Shown here: positions 23,841 through 36,154 of the stretch, in pieces
Layout: each line of letters begins with the position of its first letter
How positions within the stretch are numbered: position 1 is the stretch's first letter
NCBI RefSeq assembly: GCF_006345805.1
Contig: NC_043016.1
Coordinates: 2,232,001 to 2,296,000 of the forward strand
Direction of reading: 5' to 3'
DNA from: Octopus sinensis
Lineage: Eukaryota
DNA: 64,000 nucleotides
Translations under genes and position numbers: made by a program
The notes under the pieces: model-generated
What the model saw: only the letters and a program-made list of their open reading frames with translations
What the model was told of the DNA's origin: nothing
The model's database searches: none

Positions 23841-26232
23841 TAGTTAGTTAATATTTTGGCTCAAAAAGCAAAAAGCAAGGCCATGTAGGGGGACATGGAG
23901 TTATGCACAGGGTGATGTTCATGTAAAGAGTTCAGGCCACTTGAGGTCAAGGGAAACTTTGAACCGAGCGGTCGTCGGCATCTTCACCATCTCGTCTGGC
24001 AGCTTATTCCACGCATCTGCAACCCGGACGGAGAAAGCCTCTCTCCTTCGATTGAGATGAAATCGTCGCAGATAGAGCTTTACGGAATGACCCCGCAGCC
24101 GACGCTCTGGAGCAGGAGTGAAAAACAACTCTTTCGAGAGGTTACACTTTCTGCTTATGATGTTGTGAGCAAGAATGAGATCTCCACGGTGTCGTCGTTT
24201 TTCTAGAGAATAAAGGTCGAGCGTCTTCAGCCTTTCTTCATAAGACAAATTCTTGAGACCAAGAACCATGCGGGCAGCCTGCTTCTGGACTCTTTCGAGA
24301 TGCTGTATGTCTTTGAGGAGATAAGGAGAAGAGGCTTGAATCCCATACTCCAATATGGGTCTCACCAGCGAGACATAGAGCGGTAGGAATATTGCTGCTG
24401 TGAGCATTCCGAATGACCGTCGAATCAAGAACAAAATTCCGCGTGCTTTGTTGGCAGCATGGACGCACTGGGCCGAAGGCGAAAAGGAGGAATCCACCAA
24501 GATACCCAGATCCTTTACCTGATCGGACCTCTCCAGCAGCTGACGACCCGGCTCGAAATCAAGTTGAGTTGCAGGAGGAGAGCCAACAGGCAGATGACAG
24601 CACTTTGACACGTTCAGACACAGGTCCCATTTGTTAGACCATCTCCAAATTTGGTGGAGGCATCGACGAAGATCCTCTATATCACCGCGAGGAGCGACCA
24701 GTTTGACATCGTCGGCAAATAGAAGGGTGTGTTGCGTGAGGTCGTCGGGCAAGTCATTTATGAAGACTAAGAACAATAAGGGCCCAAGCACTGAACCTTG
24801 AGGCACGCCACTGCTCGCACTGGAGGCGTCGGACCGCGAACCATTAACTTGGACTTGGAAGGAGCGATCTGAGAGGTAGGCACCAACCCATCGTACAATA
24901 TCCGGATGGAAACTATATGCTTGAAGCTTGACAAGTAATAGGCGGTGGTTTACCGAGTCAAAAGCTTTGGCAAAGTCCAATAAAACGATGTCAACAGCGT
25001 CACTATCATCGAGGATGCGCGTCACCAATTCTTCCATTACCAGTAAGTTGGTTAAGCATGATCTCTTCGGCACGAAGCCGTGTTGGGAATCAGAGATAGA
25101 GGCTGTGTTTTGGAGGTGGAGCATCATACTTTTCTTAAGGATGGTTTCGAACATCTTGCTGATTATTGATGTAAGGGAAACCGGTCGGTAGTTAAGCGGG
25201 TCTTCGTGGCTCTCTTTCTTGAAAATTGGGCAGATTATCGCTGTTCTTCAGTCCGCAGGTATAACAACCGTCGCCAATGACATATTGAATAGACGTGTTA
25301 AGGGCTCGCAGATGACCGGAGCCAACGCTTTGATAACCCGTGGGTGTATGGCGTCAGGGCCGTGACCCTTGTTGACATCGAGGCCTTGAATAACGCGTTC
25401 GACTTCGTCCCGCGTAATGACCAATCGAAGCATTGGAGGTACCGATTTATTAAATGGAGGGGGGTTCACGACCATCATCTTGTTTGAAAATAGTTGAAAA
25501 GGCCTCGGCAAATAATTGACTCTGTTGATAAGGGTCCTCAATCGATACGCCTGTTGAGTCTACCAACGTTGCAATTTGGTTGTTCAAGCGGGAATTCCGT
25601 TGGACATGGGCAAAGAAGGTTTTTGGATTGCTACTGGCGTTTGCCGCAATTTTGTATTCATATCTGAAGCGTTCTTCCTTTTCAATTTTCACGGCTCGGT
25701 CTCGTTGAGTTTTGTACACCTCAAAAGCTGCAGTCGAATCCAGTTTTTTGAATTCAGCCCAAGCAATATCTCTGAGTCGAAGTTCTCGTTTAACCTTCTT
25801 CGTCACCCAGGGCTTGTGTTTCTTCTTCTTGGGAAGCCCAACGGGAACTGCCTGGTCAGTCAAACAGATTACATATGCTTTGAGGGATGATAGTCGTCAA
25901 CTGAGGACAACGTCATCAGTGATCGCCAGTCCAGAAGCGCGGAAGCCTCGGTTAGAATTTCAAGATTAATTGCAGAGAAGACTCTACGTGGCAGCGAAGT
26001 AGTCGTGGGCGTAGAAAAAGTTGTGTGCATGACGAACTTCAGGACCGCATGATCACTCTTGGCAAGAGGGGCGCACACAGATACGTCTCACACTGATCTT
26101 GGATAGCGGGAGAATACCAGATCCAGCATAGATGGCTGTTGCCCAGACCGATGCCTTGTCGGATATTCAACATGTTGCGATAGAAAACGATCTTCAGCCA
26201 CGTCAAGAAGGGCCTGGCCGAACCGGGAAGAT
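23841..26232 (-). mobile_element. 5'-truncated CR1-group LINE inserted into an HHR-bearing repeat
   Basis: APE C-terminus (QHVEYPTR..LDLVF..SDH), RT, 3' UTR and (AACT)n tail. GACGT duplicated at 23836-23840 and 26233-26237; the host repeat reads GTGAGGACGTGG in the uninterrupted copy near 21446. Confidence 0.9.
23919..25154 (-). CDS. Reverse transcriptase of the CR1-group LINE (411-aa open segment)
   Basis: QHGF..SCLTNLL, LDFAKAFDSVNH, GVPQGSVLGPLLF, FADDVKL, KDLGIL. Upstream ORF parts (25248-26078) are frameshifted. Confidence 0.9.
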   Translation of the reverse strand: MFETILKKSMMLHLQNTASISDSQHGFVPKRSCLTNLLVMEELVTRILDDSDAVDIVLLDFAKAFDSVNHRLLLVKLQAYSFHPDIVRWVGAYLSDRSFQVQVNGSRSDASSASSGVPQGSVLGPLLFLVFINDLPDDLTQHTLLFADDVKLVAPRGDIEDLRRCLHQIWRWSNKWDLCLNVSKCCHLPVGSPPATQLDFEPGRQLLERSDQVKDLGILVDSSFSPSAQCVHAANKARGILFLIRRSFGMLTAAIFLPLYVSLVRPILEYGIQASSPYLLKDIQHLERVQKQAARMVLGLKNLSYEERLKTLDLYSLEKRRHRGDLILAHNIISRKCNLSKELFFTPAPERRLRGHSVKLYLRRFHLNRRREAFSVRVADAWNKLPDEMVKMPTTARFKVSLDLKWPELFT

Positions 26233-26289
26233 GACGTGGAACAAGTATAGTGTTATTGAACGCTCGGGAAAGGAAAGAAAGAAGGAGGA

Positions 26290-26322
26290 TTTAACGTTTC
26301 GAGCAGAGCTCTTCGTCAGAAA
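26290..26322 (-). ncRNA. Minimal type I hammerhead ribozyme
   Basis: UUU-CUGACGA-A-GAGC-UCU-GCUC-GAAA-CG-UU-AAA: intact core, 4-bp stem II, palindromic AACGUU stem III. Confidence 0.75.
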
Positions 26323-26501
26323 CATAGAAAAAGGAAAGGTCGAAGGAAGGGAAGACGGAGGAAAAAAATCGCCAATGATACACACGCGGTCATATATATA
26401 TATATATAGGGAGAGTTTACGAAAAAAAACACAAAAGACAAAGACAGGTGGTGTACAAAACAAACAGATATATTAGTATAACGCTCAGGAATAGAAAAAG
26501 T

Positions 26502-26537
26502 CTTTTACGTTTCGAGCCTACGCTCTTCTACAGAAAG
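26502..26537 (-). ncRNA. Minimal HHR-like motif with A6U core variant
   Basis: CUUU-CUGUAGA-A-GAGC-GUAG-GCUC-GAAA-CG-UA-AAAG: all stems intact, core deviates at position 6. Confidence 0.6.
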
Positions 26538-27027
26538 GGACACAGGAGAGAAAAAAAATGTGTGTTGTGGCTAACGATCTATCATGGCGACTAGTGCCGG
26601 ACAGACGAGTCAGACAGGAGAAGGAAAGTAGGGGAGATTACAAGGTAAAGATGACCCCCAACACAAAGGTGCGTTTTTGTATAAGAGAGTATGTATGTGC
26701 GTGTGAAAGAGGGCTGGTGGTCTGGATGTGTGCGTGTATGTATGTGTAGGTGTGAAAATGTGGGAATGGGTGTATGGGTGGTGTGTTGTGATGTGATGTG
26801 TAATGTTGTATGGTGTAGTGTGGTGTGGTGTGATGTTGGGAAGTGGGGTGTGGCGAGTGTGGCGAAAGCACGGGCTAGGTGTGGGTTCGGCTGAGGGTTG
26901 GGATAGAGTTGGGGTTTGTGGGTAGGCAGAGGGTGGGGCATGTGAGAGAGGGTGTGTGTGATAGGATGGGGGTGTGTGGGAAGGATAGGGATCGTGGAGT
27001 AGGAATGTGTAAGGGGGTGTGCATCTT

Positions 27028-27238
27028 TGTGCCTGTGTTTGCCCTCCAACGTCGCTTGATAACCGGTGTTTGTATGTTCACGTCCCTTTAATTTAGCGAT
27101 TTAGCAAAAGATTGGGATAAAAGTACAAGGCTTAAAAATAATGTCTTGGGGTTGATTTGTTGGACTAAAACACTTCAAGGCGGTACTCCTGCATAGCTGC
27201 AATCAAATGACTGAAACAAATAAAAGAATAAAAGAATA
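27028..27238 (+). mobile_element. Diverged 3' half of SINE-A
   Basis: ggcggtactcctgcatagctgcaatcaaatgactgaaacaaataaaagaata resembles the SINE-A tail. Confidence 0.7.
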
Positions 27239-27249
27239 TGTACACATGC

Positions 27250-27430
27250 TAGGGATGCTGAAAAGTTCCTGACTTTGAGTAAAGAAAATTCGAGAGGATC
27301 AGTTAATTATGATTTTATTTAACATATTCCCCTTTCAGATTCACACACCTGTAAAAAAACTCGGGTGGTTGAGCTTCAAAACAGACCTTTTGCGATACCC
27401 TTAAATTCAGGAACTTTTTAGCACTCCGTC
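27250..27430. mobile_element. Short mariner-type MITE remnant
   Basis: Imperfect TIRs gggatgctgaaaagttcctga / tcaggaactttttagcactcc. Confidence 0.55.
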
Positions 27431-27456
27431 GTGTGTGTGTGTGTGTTGTGTGTGTG

Positions 27457-27488
<32 letters not shown>

Positions 27489-29176
27489 CTGTGCGTGTAT
27501 ATATATATTCCTTGAAATTATATATATATATACACGCACAGTCAGACACACACAGGCACACACACACACACACGCCGCCTTCTATGCAATATATAGTAAT
27601 GCATGCGCGCATATATGTACACACACACACACACATACACACACACACACACACTTACACACACACAATATATATATATATATATATATAAATAGCGGTT
27701 TAGCCGCCTCATTAGGACGCCTGGACAGAATGCCATGCGGCATTTGTTCGTGCTTTTCAGCTTCCACAGAGTTTAGACCCCGCCGAAGGTAACTTTACTT
27801 TCTTTTCTTTTTGAAGAGATAAAGTACCTGTTAACCACTTGAAACGATACTTCCTCTGTCACAGTTTCTTTTTAAAGTTTTGACTAAATCCAGGCATGTA
27901 GGGAGAGGGGTTTCGACAAATTTATGAGTCTATCAAAAGAGCACAGTCACATACAGACACACAAGCAGGCAGACAGACAGACACACACACACACACACAC
28001 ACACAGACAGACAGACACACATGTATATTTCTTATTTCTTGCAACAGTGGATCTCGAAGTACATGAAGCTATAAATAATAGCATGGATATATTGGGTTGA
28101 AAGAACGTTTTTGGATAGAAAAATTCGAAAACTACCCTTCAGGATCAAATCTTTTTAAAAAGAATTATTTTACGTCCTCTCAAAAGTTCACAAATCCTTA
28201 TATGAACAATATATGTATATGCATATGTATGTGTCTCTTATTTTTTTGATTATTATAAATATTCCACTGAGGAGGGAGCTGGTTTGCAACAAAGATACAA
28301 GGCTCCATCTTTGGGATGTAGTTAACACAGACAAATTCACATTTGGAATTTGAGAAAAGTCTTGAATATTTTTACTGTTCCACTCACAGATTGCACTTGT
28401 AATGTATGGATCAGTCGGTTAATTTTTCTTTCTGAAAATCCCAGTTTATCCAGATTCTTCTTTAAGCATTTACTGACAAAACCTAGTGTTCCAATTATTA
28501 TTGGTATTAATGTGAATTCATAGTCTGGATATAGAAGCTGGAGGTTTCGAAGCAGGTGTTCATAGATAGATACCCTCTTTTTCTTTGATAATCAAAGAAA
28601 TATTTATATTTGCAGGGCAGCTGACCTCTATGATGGTACATACCTTTGCCCTATGTATGTATGTATGTATGTATGTATGTATGTATGTATGTATGTATGT
28701 ATGTATGTATGTATGTATGTATGTTTAGCGTTGAGACAGAACACTTTTCCACCAGCAGCAGTGTTATTTGATTTAAGATGTAAGAAATTTTCTTGGAAAC
28801 ATTTACAGAGGACCTTGCATAAATCATGTTAAAAAAAACACACAGAGACATTGAAATATTAACTAGATTTAATTGAAAACGCTGAAAAATAAAACTAAAT
28901 TGAAATGGTATTAAAACAGTCTGTGAAATTCAACAAAATCTTTTAAATGAAGCGTCATGTGATCGATTTCGGCAATAATGACGTCAGTAATTTGAAATGA
29001 AAACCGGAAGTCTACGTAGACTAAAGTGAAACATTTTAATTAAGAGAATAATACTCACATATATATATATAATATATGTACATGAATGAGAATACACACA
29101 CGCATACACACACACACACACACACACATACACACATACACATATATATATATATATATATCTACATGTATATATA

Positions 29177-30064
29177 CAGGGTGCAGTGAATAAATTGTCG
29201 TCTAAATTACACAAAAATGAAAATAACACTGACTTCTCGTTTTAACAGATATATTTACCAAAATTACATGAAAATATCTTCAAATACTAAAGAGTAAATT
29301 TATTCAATAAAATCACCATTGGCTTCAACCACAGCCTCCAGACGACTTCAGAATATCCTGCAACTCTTCTGGATGGTCTCCTTGTTTAAGTTGGTGAATG
29401 CTACCATAATCTTTGCCTTCAGTTCATCTTTGGTGTTACAAGGAGCTTTGTTTGCTTCCTGCTCAATTGCACCCCACGCGTAATCAAAGGAGGTTGCAGT
29501 CTGGGGAGTTGGGTGGTCAGATGTTAGGGGTGATGTGGTCGCAGAAATTGTATGATAGCAATGACTCGTTTCTCTTGTATGCGTGGCATGGTGCAGAGTC
29601 CTGTTGCCAGACACAGGGTTTTCCAGTAGCCATTCTTTTGACCTAGGGCAGCACTACCTCTTTCAGGCACTTCATGTATGCCTCTGTGTTGAGCTTGAGG
29701 CTGTGTGGGAAGATGAATGGGGGCATAACGTTGCCATCATTAATGATCACTCAAAATACCATGATGTTGACTGGATGTTTGATTTTTATCACTCTCGGTA
29801 CATATCCCCAGATTGCACTGTCCTCAGTGTGACACCCAAACATTCTGAAATATTCGTATTAGATCTTCCGGCGCGAATGCCAAGTAATGCAACATGTCCT
29901 TTCAAAAATTTCTGGTAGAGTGAACTGCGTCATGGTGTTATTTTACTCACAGATGGTGCACAACTGATCCTACTATACTGTGTATTTGACAAAATTAAAG
30001 ATAAAGAATGCGCATGCACGAAGTTAAAAATATAACACGACTACTATTTACACATCGCACCCTG
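29177..30064 (-). mobile_element. Internally deleted Tc1/mariner-superfamily transposon (maT/DD37D-like)
   Basis: TA TSDs (29175-76, 30065-66), TIRs CAGGGTGC.. at both ends. Remnants WQQDSAPCH..PPNSPDCNLLDY with about 37 residues between the last two Asp across a frameshift. Confidence 0.8.
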
Positions 30065-30101
30065 TAAATCAATCTCTCTCTCTCTCCTCTCTCTCTCTCT
30101 C

Positions 30102-30138
<37 letters not shown>

Positions 30139-30141
<3 letters not shown>

Positions 30142-30638
30142 TATATTATAAAACTCTAGTTTGTGAGTGTCTGTCCCCTTCGATTTAGATTCCTAACTCC
30201 TCCCACATTTTGAGGTGCAGTTTAACCAAATTCGGGTATCTATAGTCGTGATTCATATCGAGCTGTCTGACTATTAGCGCGCGTCAACGATGAGTCTACG
30301 ATTTTAAAAATAATTTCATCATTTTTTATTCCATTTTAATGCATAAAATGCATCGTGTGTCGATGGCGGCGGAGTTGGCGTCCACGCTCACAGCTACACC
30401 TGTTTGCTTCTCCCCCTTCCCTCCCTCGTGAAGCTGTGGGGAAGGGAGTGTAAAGAATCAACGTCGTAATGCGTTGTGAAGGAAACCAGCGTTCTTTTAG
30501 AACAACGACTTCATGGCTTGAAGACACCAAAACAAAAATGGCTAAGAAAGCCCGAATTTATAAGGGAAGTAACTCTCTAAAAATGCTTATATAGTTATTT
30601 CCCTTACAAACCCGAGCAACGCCGGGCGATACTGCTAG
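30139..30638 (+). mobile_element. Non-autonomous Helitron
   Basis: A|TC 5' end, subterminal hairpin CCCGAGCAACGCCGGG, CTAG|T 3' end, no TSD. Confidence 0.85.
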
Positions 30639-30639
30639 T

Positions 30640-31095
30640 ATATATATAAAACTGTATTATATACATATTAGAGGGAATCCACTATGTGGACACCCTTATG
30701 CTAGAAATAGATCCCCTATGGTCTTACCACTAAGAAATTTAGCAAAACAACCAAATCGTAATCGAGCAAGACAAAAGAAAAAGCAATAAAAATATGGATT
30801 ATTCGCATACATGTTTTACTATTAACATATTACGTAATTTTACTTACATAAATGTCTGTAGATCATCGGTGTGACCGTCCAGATGAATATAATTTGCAGG
30901 ACTGCATACTAGGACGACCGCACAAAGTCAGACTCGTAAAACAGACTTTTGTCTTGCTCGATTACGTTTTGATTGTTTGGCTAAATTTTTCTTGAGAACA
31001 ATTTTTCTGAACCTTCAGTTGTTTTATATGCTAGACCACTGGTGTGAAATCAATGTTAATTAAATTCTATATCTAATTTCTCACCCTCATTTAAA

Positions 31096-31100
<5 letters not shown>
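30640..31100 (+). mobile_element. Diverged relative of the 21915-22650 PLE-like repeat
   Basis: Shares atatgctagaccactggt..atttct(c)accct end. Internal inverted repeat ~30735-30778 / ~30946-30988. Confidence 0.5.
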
Positions 31101-31136
<36 letters not shown>

Positions 31137-31208
31137 TATATATATATATATATATAAACAGTAGTACCTCGGTTTTCGACCAACTCTGATCACGAATAAT
31201 TTGTGCTT

Positions 31209-31247
<39 letters not shown>

Positions 31248-31267
31248 GCCTGTCTGTCTGTCTGTCC

Positions 31268-31300
<33 letters not shown>

Positions 31301-31342
31301 GATGTCTGTCTGTATATCTATCTATCAAGATATATATATATA

Positions 31343-32596
31343 TCAGGTCATCCCATAAGTTCTGTTTGAATTTTGAATAAAGAAAACAAGTGATCAAATG
31401 TTATATTTAATTGAAATTTAATTATCAATGTACTTTCCCTGATTAAGTATGTCTTCCTTCCATCTATTTACAAGGTTTTTAATCCCATCAATGTAAAACT
31501 CTTTTGGTTTCAAAGCGAAGAACTCTGAAATGTCATTTTCGACCTCCTTTGGGCTTGCGAAAGTTATATCCTGAAAATGATTCTGTAAACTACGAAACAA
31601 ATGATACTCTGAAGGAGCAGGGTCGGGAGAATAAGATGGAGGAGAATTTTTTTCCCAGCTAAGCTCTTCGATCTTCTGTGATATGATCTTTGCAGCGTGG
31701 GGTCGCGCATTGTCCTGATGAAACATCACTCCTTTTTGATTCACAAAAGGTCTTTTTTTCTTCAAAGCTGGGTTCAAACTCTTAATTGCTGACAGTAGAC
31801 TTGAGCATTGATTGTTGCATTAGGTGGTAACAATTGCAATCCCACCAGATAGAGAAAAGAACCTTTTTCCCAAGAAATTCCCTTCTCGGTTGTGGTTGAG
31901 CTTTTCCCCTTTTACCAAGCCACTGTTTACGACGTTTAACATTTCGATAGAAGATCCATTTTCCGTCACCAGTCAGCAAAAAGGGTGAAATGAGTTCGCG
32001 AGAATGGAGAAAGGGGCAGATACCAACTCGGGACTGGCGGTTGCTTTCGGACAATTCATGAGGCACCCATTTTCCAAATATAGGAACATTTCCAAATTGT
32101 TGAAGATGACGATGAACAGTTGTATGGTTTGAACTAAGCTTTATTGCCAATTCTTCAACTGATTATGCAGGATTTTCTTCAAGTAATGCCTCAAGGAGCT
32201 TATCATCAAATTCAACTGGACGTCCTGTTCGATCTTCATCTTCAAGGCTGAAATCTCCACTTCTGAATTTTGCAAACCATCTTCTACAAGTTCTTTTATT
32301 CGAGCATTATTTCCCATAAACTAAATGTATGTTTCGAGTCGCTTCGGCTGCGGAGTTTCCTTTTTTGTACTCATAAAACATTATGTGCCTTAAATGCTCT
32401 TTGGATACTTCCATGTTAGAAAGGGTTTTCATCAAAGAAATTTTAATTTTATTATTCTATAAACTAATATTTAATTAGTTTAAATGTACACAAATGCATA
32501 AAAATAATTTTTAATTCATTAGACATTCTAAAATACTAGTAAATTTCATTCAATTTTAAAAAAGGTAAAATTGGACAGAACTTATGGATGGCCTGT
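31343..32596 (-). mobile_element. Full-length (~1.25 kb) mariner transposon, inactive
   Basis: TIRs caggtcatcccataagttctgt / acagaacttatggatggcctg, flanked by TA at 31341-42 and 32597-98. Confidence 0.9.
31418..32414 (-). pseudogene. Mariner (DD34D-type) transposase pseudogene
   Basis: MEVSKEHLRHIMFYEYKKGNSAAEATRNI; WVPHEL; TGDGKW; HQDNARPH; YSPDPAPSEYHLF. Contains stops, frameshifts and altered catalytic motifs. Confidence 0.9.
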
Positions 32597-33882
32597 TAAA
32601 TACAGTCCTTATTCCTACTTTTGTGTACCAGTCTTTTTACACACATACACACACACGCACATACACACACATATTAGTATGCGAGTGTTGTAGGGCATTA
32701 GTAACAACATGCAATGAGCTCAAGAGTTCATGGTTTTTATTTTATACGACCTTTTCATTTTGCAGGTAAAATATTAGCGAAGTTCTCAGAATAAAGCTTT
32801 CGTGTAAAACTTCCGGTAACGTACCAAATAGGAATCTGGAATTAAGATAGAAAAGAAAAGAATTAAATTACGTGTTTTCTCTACTGGTTTTCATGTCTGA
32901 TGAGGGAAACTGTATATAAAAAAGAATTATTGTTTTCTGGGCTTTACTTAAGTAAAAAATCTTTTCGTTTAATTACACTTCAATCACATCTCTTTTTCGA
33001 ACTAAGCAGACTAGTTTTTAAAAATCGCTCAATATTCTTAGAATAGTGTATGGTCGAATAATACTGCGATATTTAAAGTAATAAGACACGAGATGGTTCA
33101 TTCTTTATCAAGTTACACAAAACGAAAACTCTATTTCGTGCGCTGACCACGAGATAATGTTGGCCGTGTCTGCTTGAATTACTTGCAGGACATGTAATAA
33201 ATCTTTGCCGGACATGAGATAAGGCTTTCAAAAGACTTTATTTACATGATATTTGACTAGTAGTTCACTCTGTCGTTACCAATTCATCGTCCTCCATTAT
33301 CGTGCATATCACGAATATTGTTTCTCCGAATACCTACTAGCGTCATCACAAGGAAATTAGATTTAGTTTGCTGGCGAGTAATATTCTGCGCAATGTACAA
33401 AGACTGTAGATATCAGAGATATTTTATCACACACATATATGAACACACACACGCACACACACACACGTGCATTCACATACACACACAAACGTCTTCTCTA
33501 TCACTTTTCTACTTCTTTCTTCGCCCCCTTTTTCTCTCTTAGAAACACACGGACACATTGAAACGTTCTTGCAAATAAATTTAAGTATATACTTAAAAAC
33601 TATAAAACTACACTTTTCTATCTGCACTGATATTTGTCGTCCGGACAATTGGTTTCTCTTCTTCAATTTTATCTATTTGAATTATATTATTTTATTTTTG
33701 AAATCTCTTCTTGAGTTTCTTTCTCCAAGAATCTAGAAATTCCACTGTCTTCCTTTTGGTCTACATGAAATAAATCTTATTTTCACAATAAAAATCTCTA
33801 TTTTGGTGACCTGACGAATCTAGCACTACACAATACTTCTTGCTAAATCAAACCGATTCCACCCTTTAACTTCATAACATGA

Positions 33883-33965
<83 letters not shown>

Positions 33966-34342
33966 ATAATAATAATACCAACATCACCAGCAAACAGTAG
34001 TAGTAGTGGCCAACGCTGTCGATGTTTTGCTGTCACCACACCCTGAAATTAGACATCGCCAATCTCTCGGTTGTGAAACATTACCAGATTAATGGATAAT
34101 GCTATGAACAAGTCATTGTCTCTTAACGAAATTCAATATGGTTTCTATCTAACCGAATCAACTGGTGGTCTACTAAGATATGCCATCACGTCAACATAAC
34201 TCTACTTTGATGGAACTCCAGAGTGGTATGTAATTAGTTACATATAACACGGAATCATCACTGAAAATCTACACTTTTAACAATACAACATTTATTATTT
34301 TCATCACCATTACTATTATTATTATTGTTATTGTTGTTGTTG

Positions 34343-34393
<51 letters not shown>

Positions 34394-36154
34394 TTTGCCT
34401 CATGACAACGCAAACACGATCCTCTAACTCGAACACAATATTAGATTTGAAACTGAAATTTTCTAACTTTTTTTCCGCCTTTCCTTCTTAGACGCTGCAA
34501 TATTTTTCATTATTATCACATTTATTTGCCTGGGACTGTGGAAGAGAACCGCTAGTGTAGCGGTTCTCTTCTACAGTTGATCCTTAAAACAAAATTACAA
34601 ACAAAGAAAAAACTAAAATCTGCAGAAATCTTCAATGTAAAAAAAAAAAAAAAAATCGGAAAACATCAAAATATACGAACGGACATCAATGAGACGCCAA
34701 CTAAAAGTTTGACGGCAAAAATATGGTAAAATCCACAACAGTGGCGGTAACAACGGTGACAGAACAACAATAATTTACTAATATTCTCTGTGAAAATGTC
34801 TTTATATAAACGCATGTCACCTATCATTTGCAGAATTAAAACTAAGTGTAACAAACTCTTGTTAGATTTATTAGTCCGGGTTAATTTTGGCTGACGAGAC
34901 CCAGTGATGTCGAAACACCTAGTTTACTAGAGTACTCTTACACAAATGAACTGTGTTATGAACAAGTATTTGTTTGAAAGGAGAATTTATTATTCTATGA
35001 CGAAACAACCACAATTTAAGTGTTCACCGATTTAAGCATGAAAATACAAGTTATCATTTTGATTCTCGCTGTTTACCGTACGCATAATTATTTGTTTTTC
35101 TGTTTAACTTGACAACTAAATATTTTGTCTCCAGAGCTTTCAGTAAGTGGAAGGGACTGTGTAAGTAACCTTCGCAAAATCTTCGAGATTGGTAAGACTG
35201 ATGTAGATAATGTTTCATGGAAACATTTTTAGCTAGATACTTGTTGGAAAGATAAAAAAACAATGTTAGTTAATAAAATTATGGACAGGACCGGGTGGAC
35301 AAAGCTGTTTGTGAATGGCACAAGTTAGTGACGAAGGAAGGAGATTGTGTGTATGTGATGGAAGTTAATTATATGTTCTTCGTTATTGAGAGTACGGTAG
35401 ATGATTATTTTGCCTTCGTGTACGCAGTGACTGTTTCTTTGTATTGTTGAAATAGACACGTTTGTCATTATCCTCAGTGGAGAATAAATTTTAAGATTAT
35501 TTTCATGGTGGTAGTTCAAGTTTGATGTGAATTGTCTAAGCTGTGTTGGTGATGCTTATATTCGACAAGTTCAGAAGTATGAAGAGTAACATCAGCATAG
35601 ATATAAGAGTGGTTAAAGATGATGACAATCAGTTTGTTAATATTCAAGACGAAAAGTGTGGGCGACATAACTGAGTTTTAGGTATACCAGGTATACTGTT
35701 GTGCTTGTGTATATTTCGAAGGTGTGATCTTACAATAAGCTCAAGAGTCTGGTGCAGATGGATTCTATCGGTGAATTGTTTAGCCGGATTTTCGTGCCCT
35801 ACCTACAAATACCTTGCTAATGTAAAATGCATCGATGTTATTCTCCTGAATTTCTCAAGGGTGAAGGACTTGGAGAGCAGTCATAAAACTGTACTGGAAA
35901 TATTGGTTTCAAATTTGGCACAATGCCAGTAAGTTTGGTAAATCTTTACATCTTTACATCGACTCTAGTGCTCGACTGATACTTATTTTGTCGACCCCGA
36001 AAGGTTGAAAGGTAAAATCGACCTTTTGTTTTGGTAGATCCTGGTTTTTGAAAGGAAAGGCGTTTTTACTTCCTGCGTGTTGGCTGGAGAAGCATATAAA
36101 CGATCATTTCTGCTAAAGGAACAAGGTTTGAAATTTTATGGGAGGAGAAGAATC

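Larger units (their letters stand above)
26233..26640 (-). mobile_element. Non-coding repeat with two tandem HHR motifs (left part displaced to ~23795-23840 by the CR1)
   Basis: Homologous to 21420-21860; two HHR motifs ~210 bp apart. Confidence 0.75.

Noticed and set aside
23841-26232. Parasite or bacterial contamination explaining the GC-rich segments (also 40430-45845)
   Set aside because: Both segments are precisely nested in host repeats with duplicated target sequence, so they are genomic insertions.
34890-34930. HHR-like CUGACGA-GAC..GUC-GAAAC
   Set aside because: The core and stem II are present, but no stem I pairing could be found. At best a decayed relic.
35699-35932. Possible CR1/L2 RT remnant (CIDVILLNFSRV)
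   Set aside because: A single degenerate motif without supporting neighbours.
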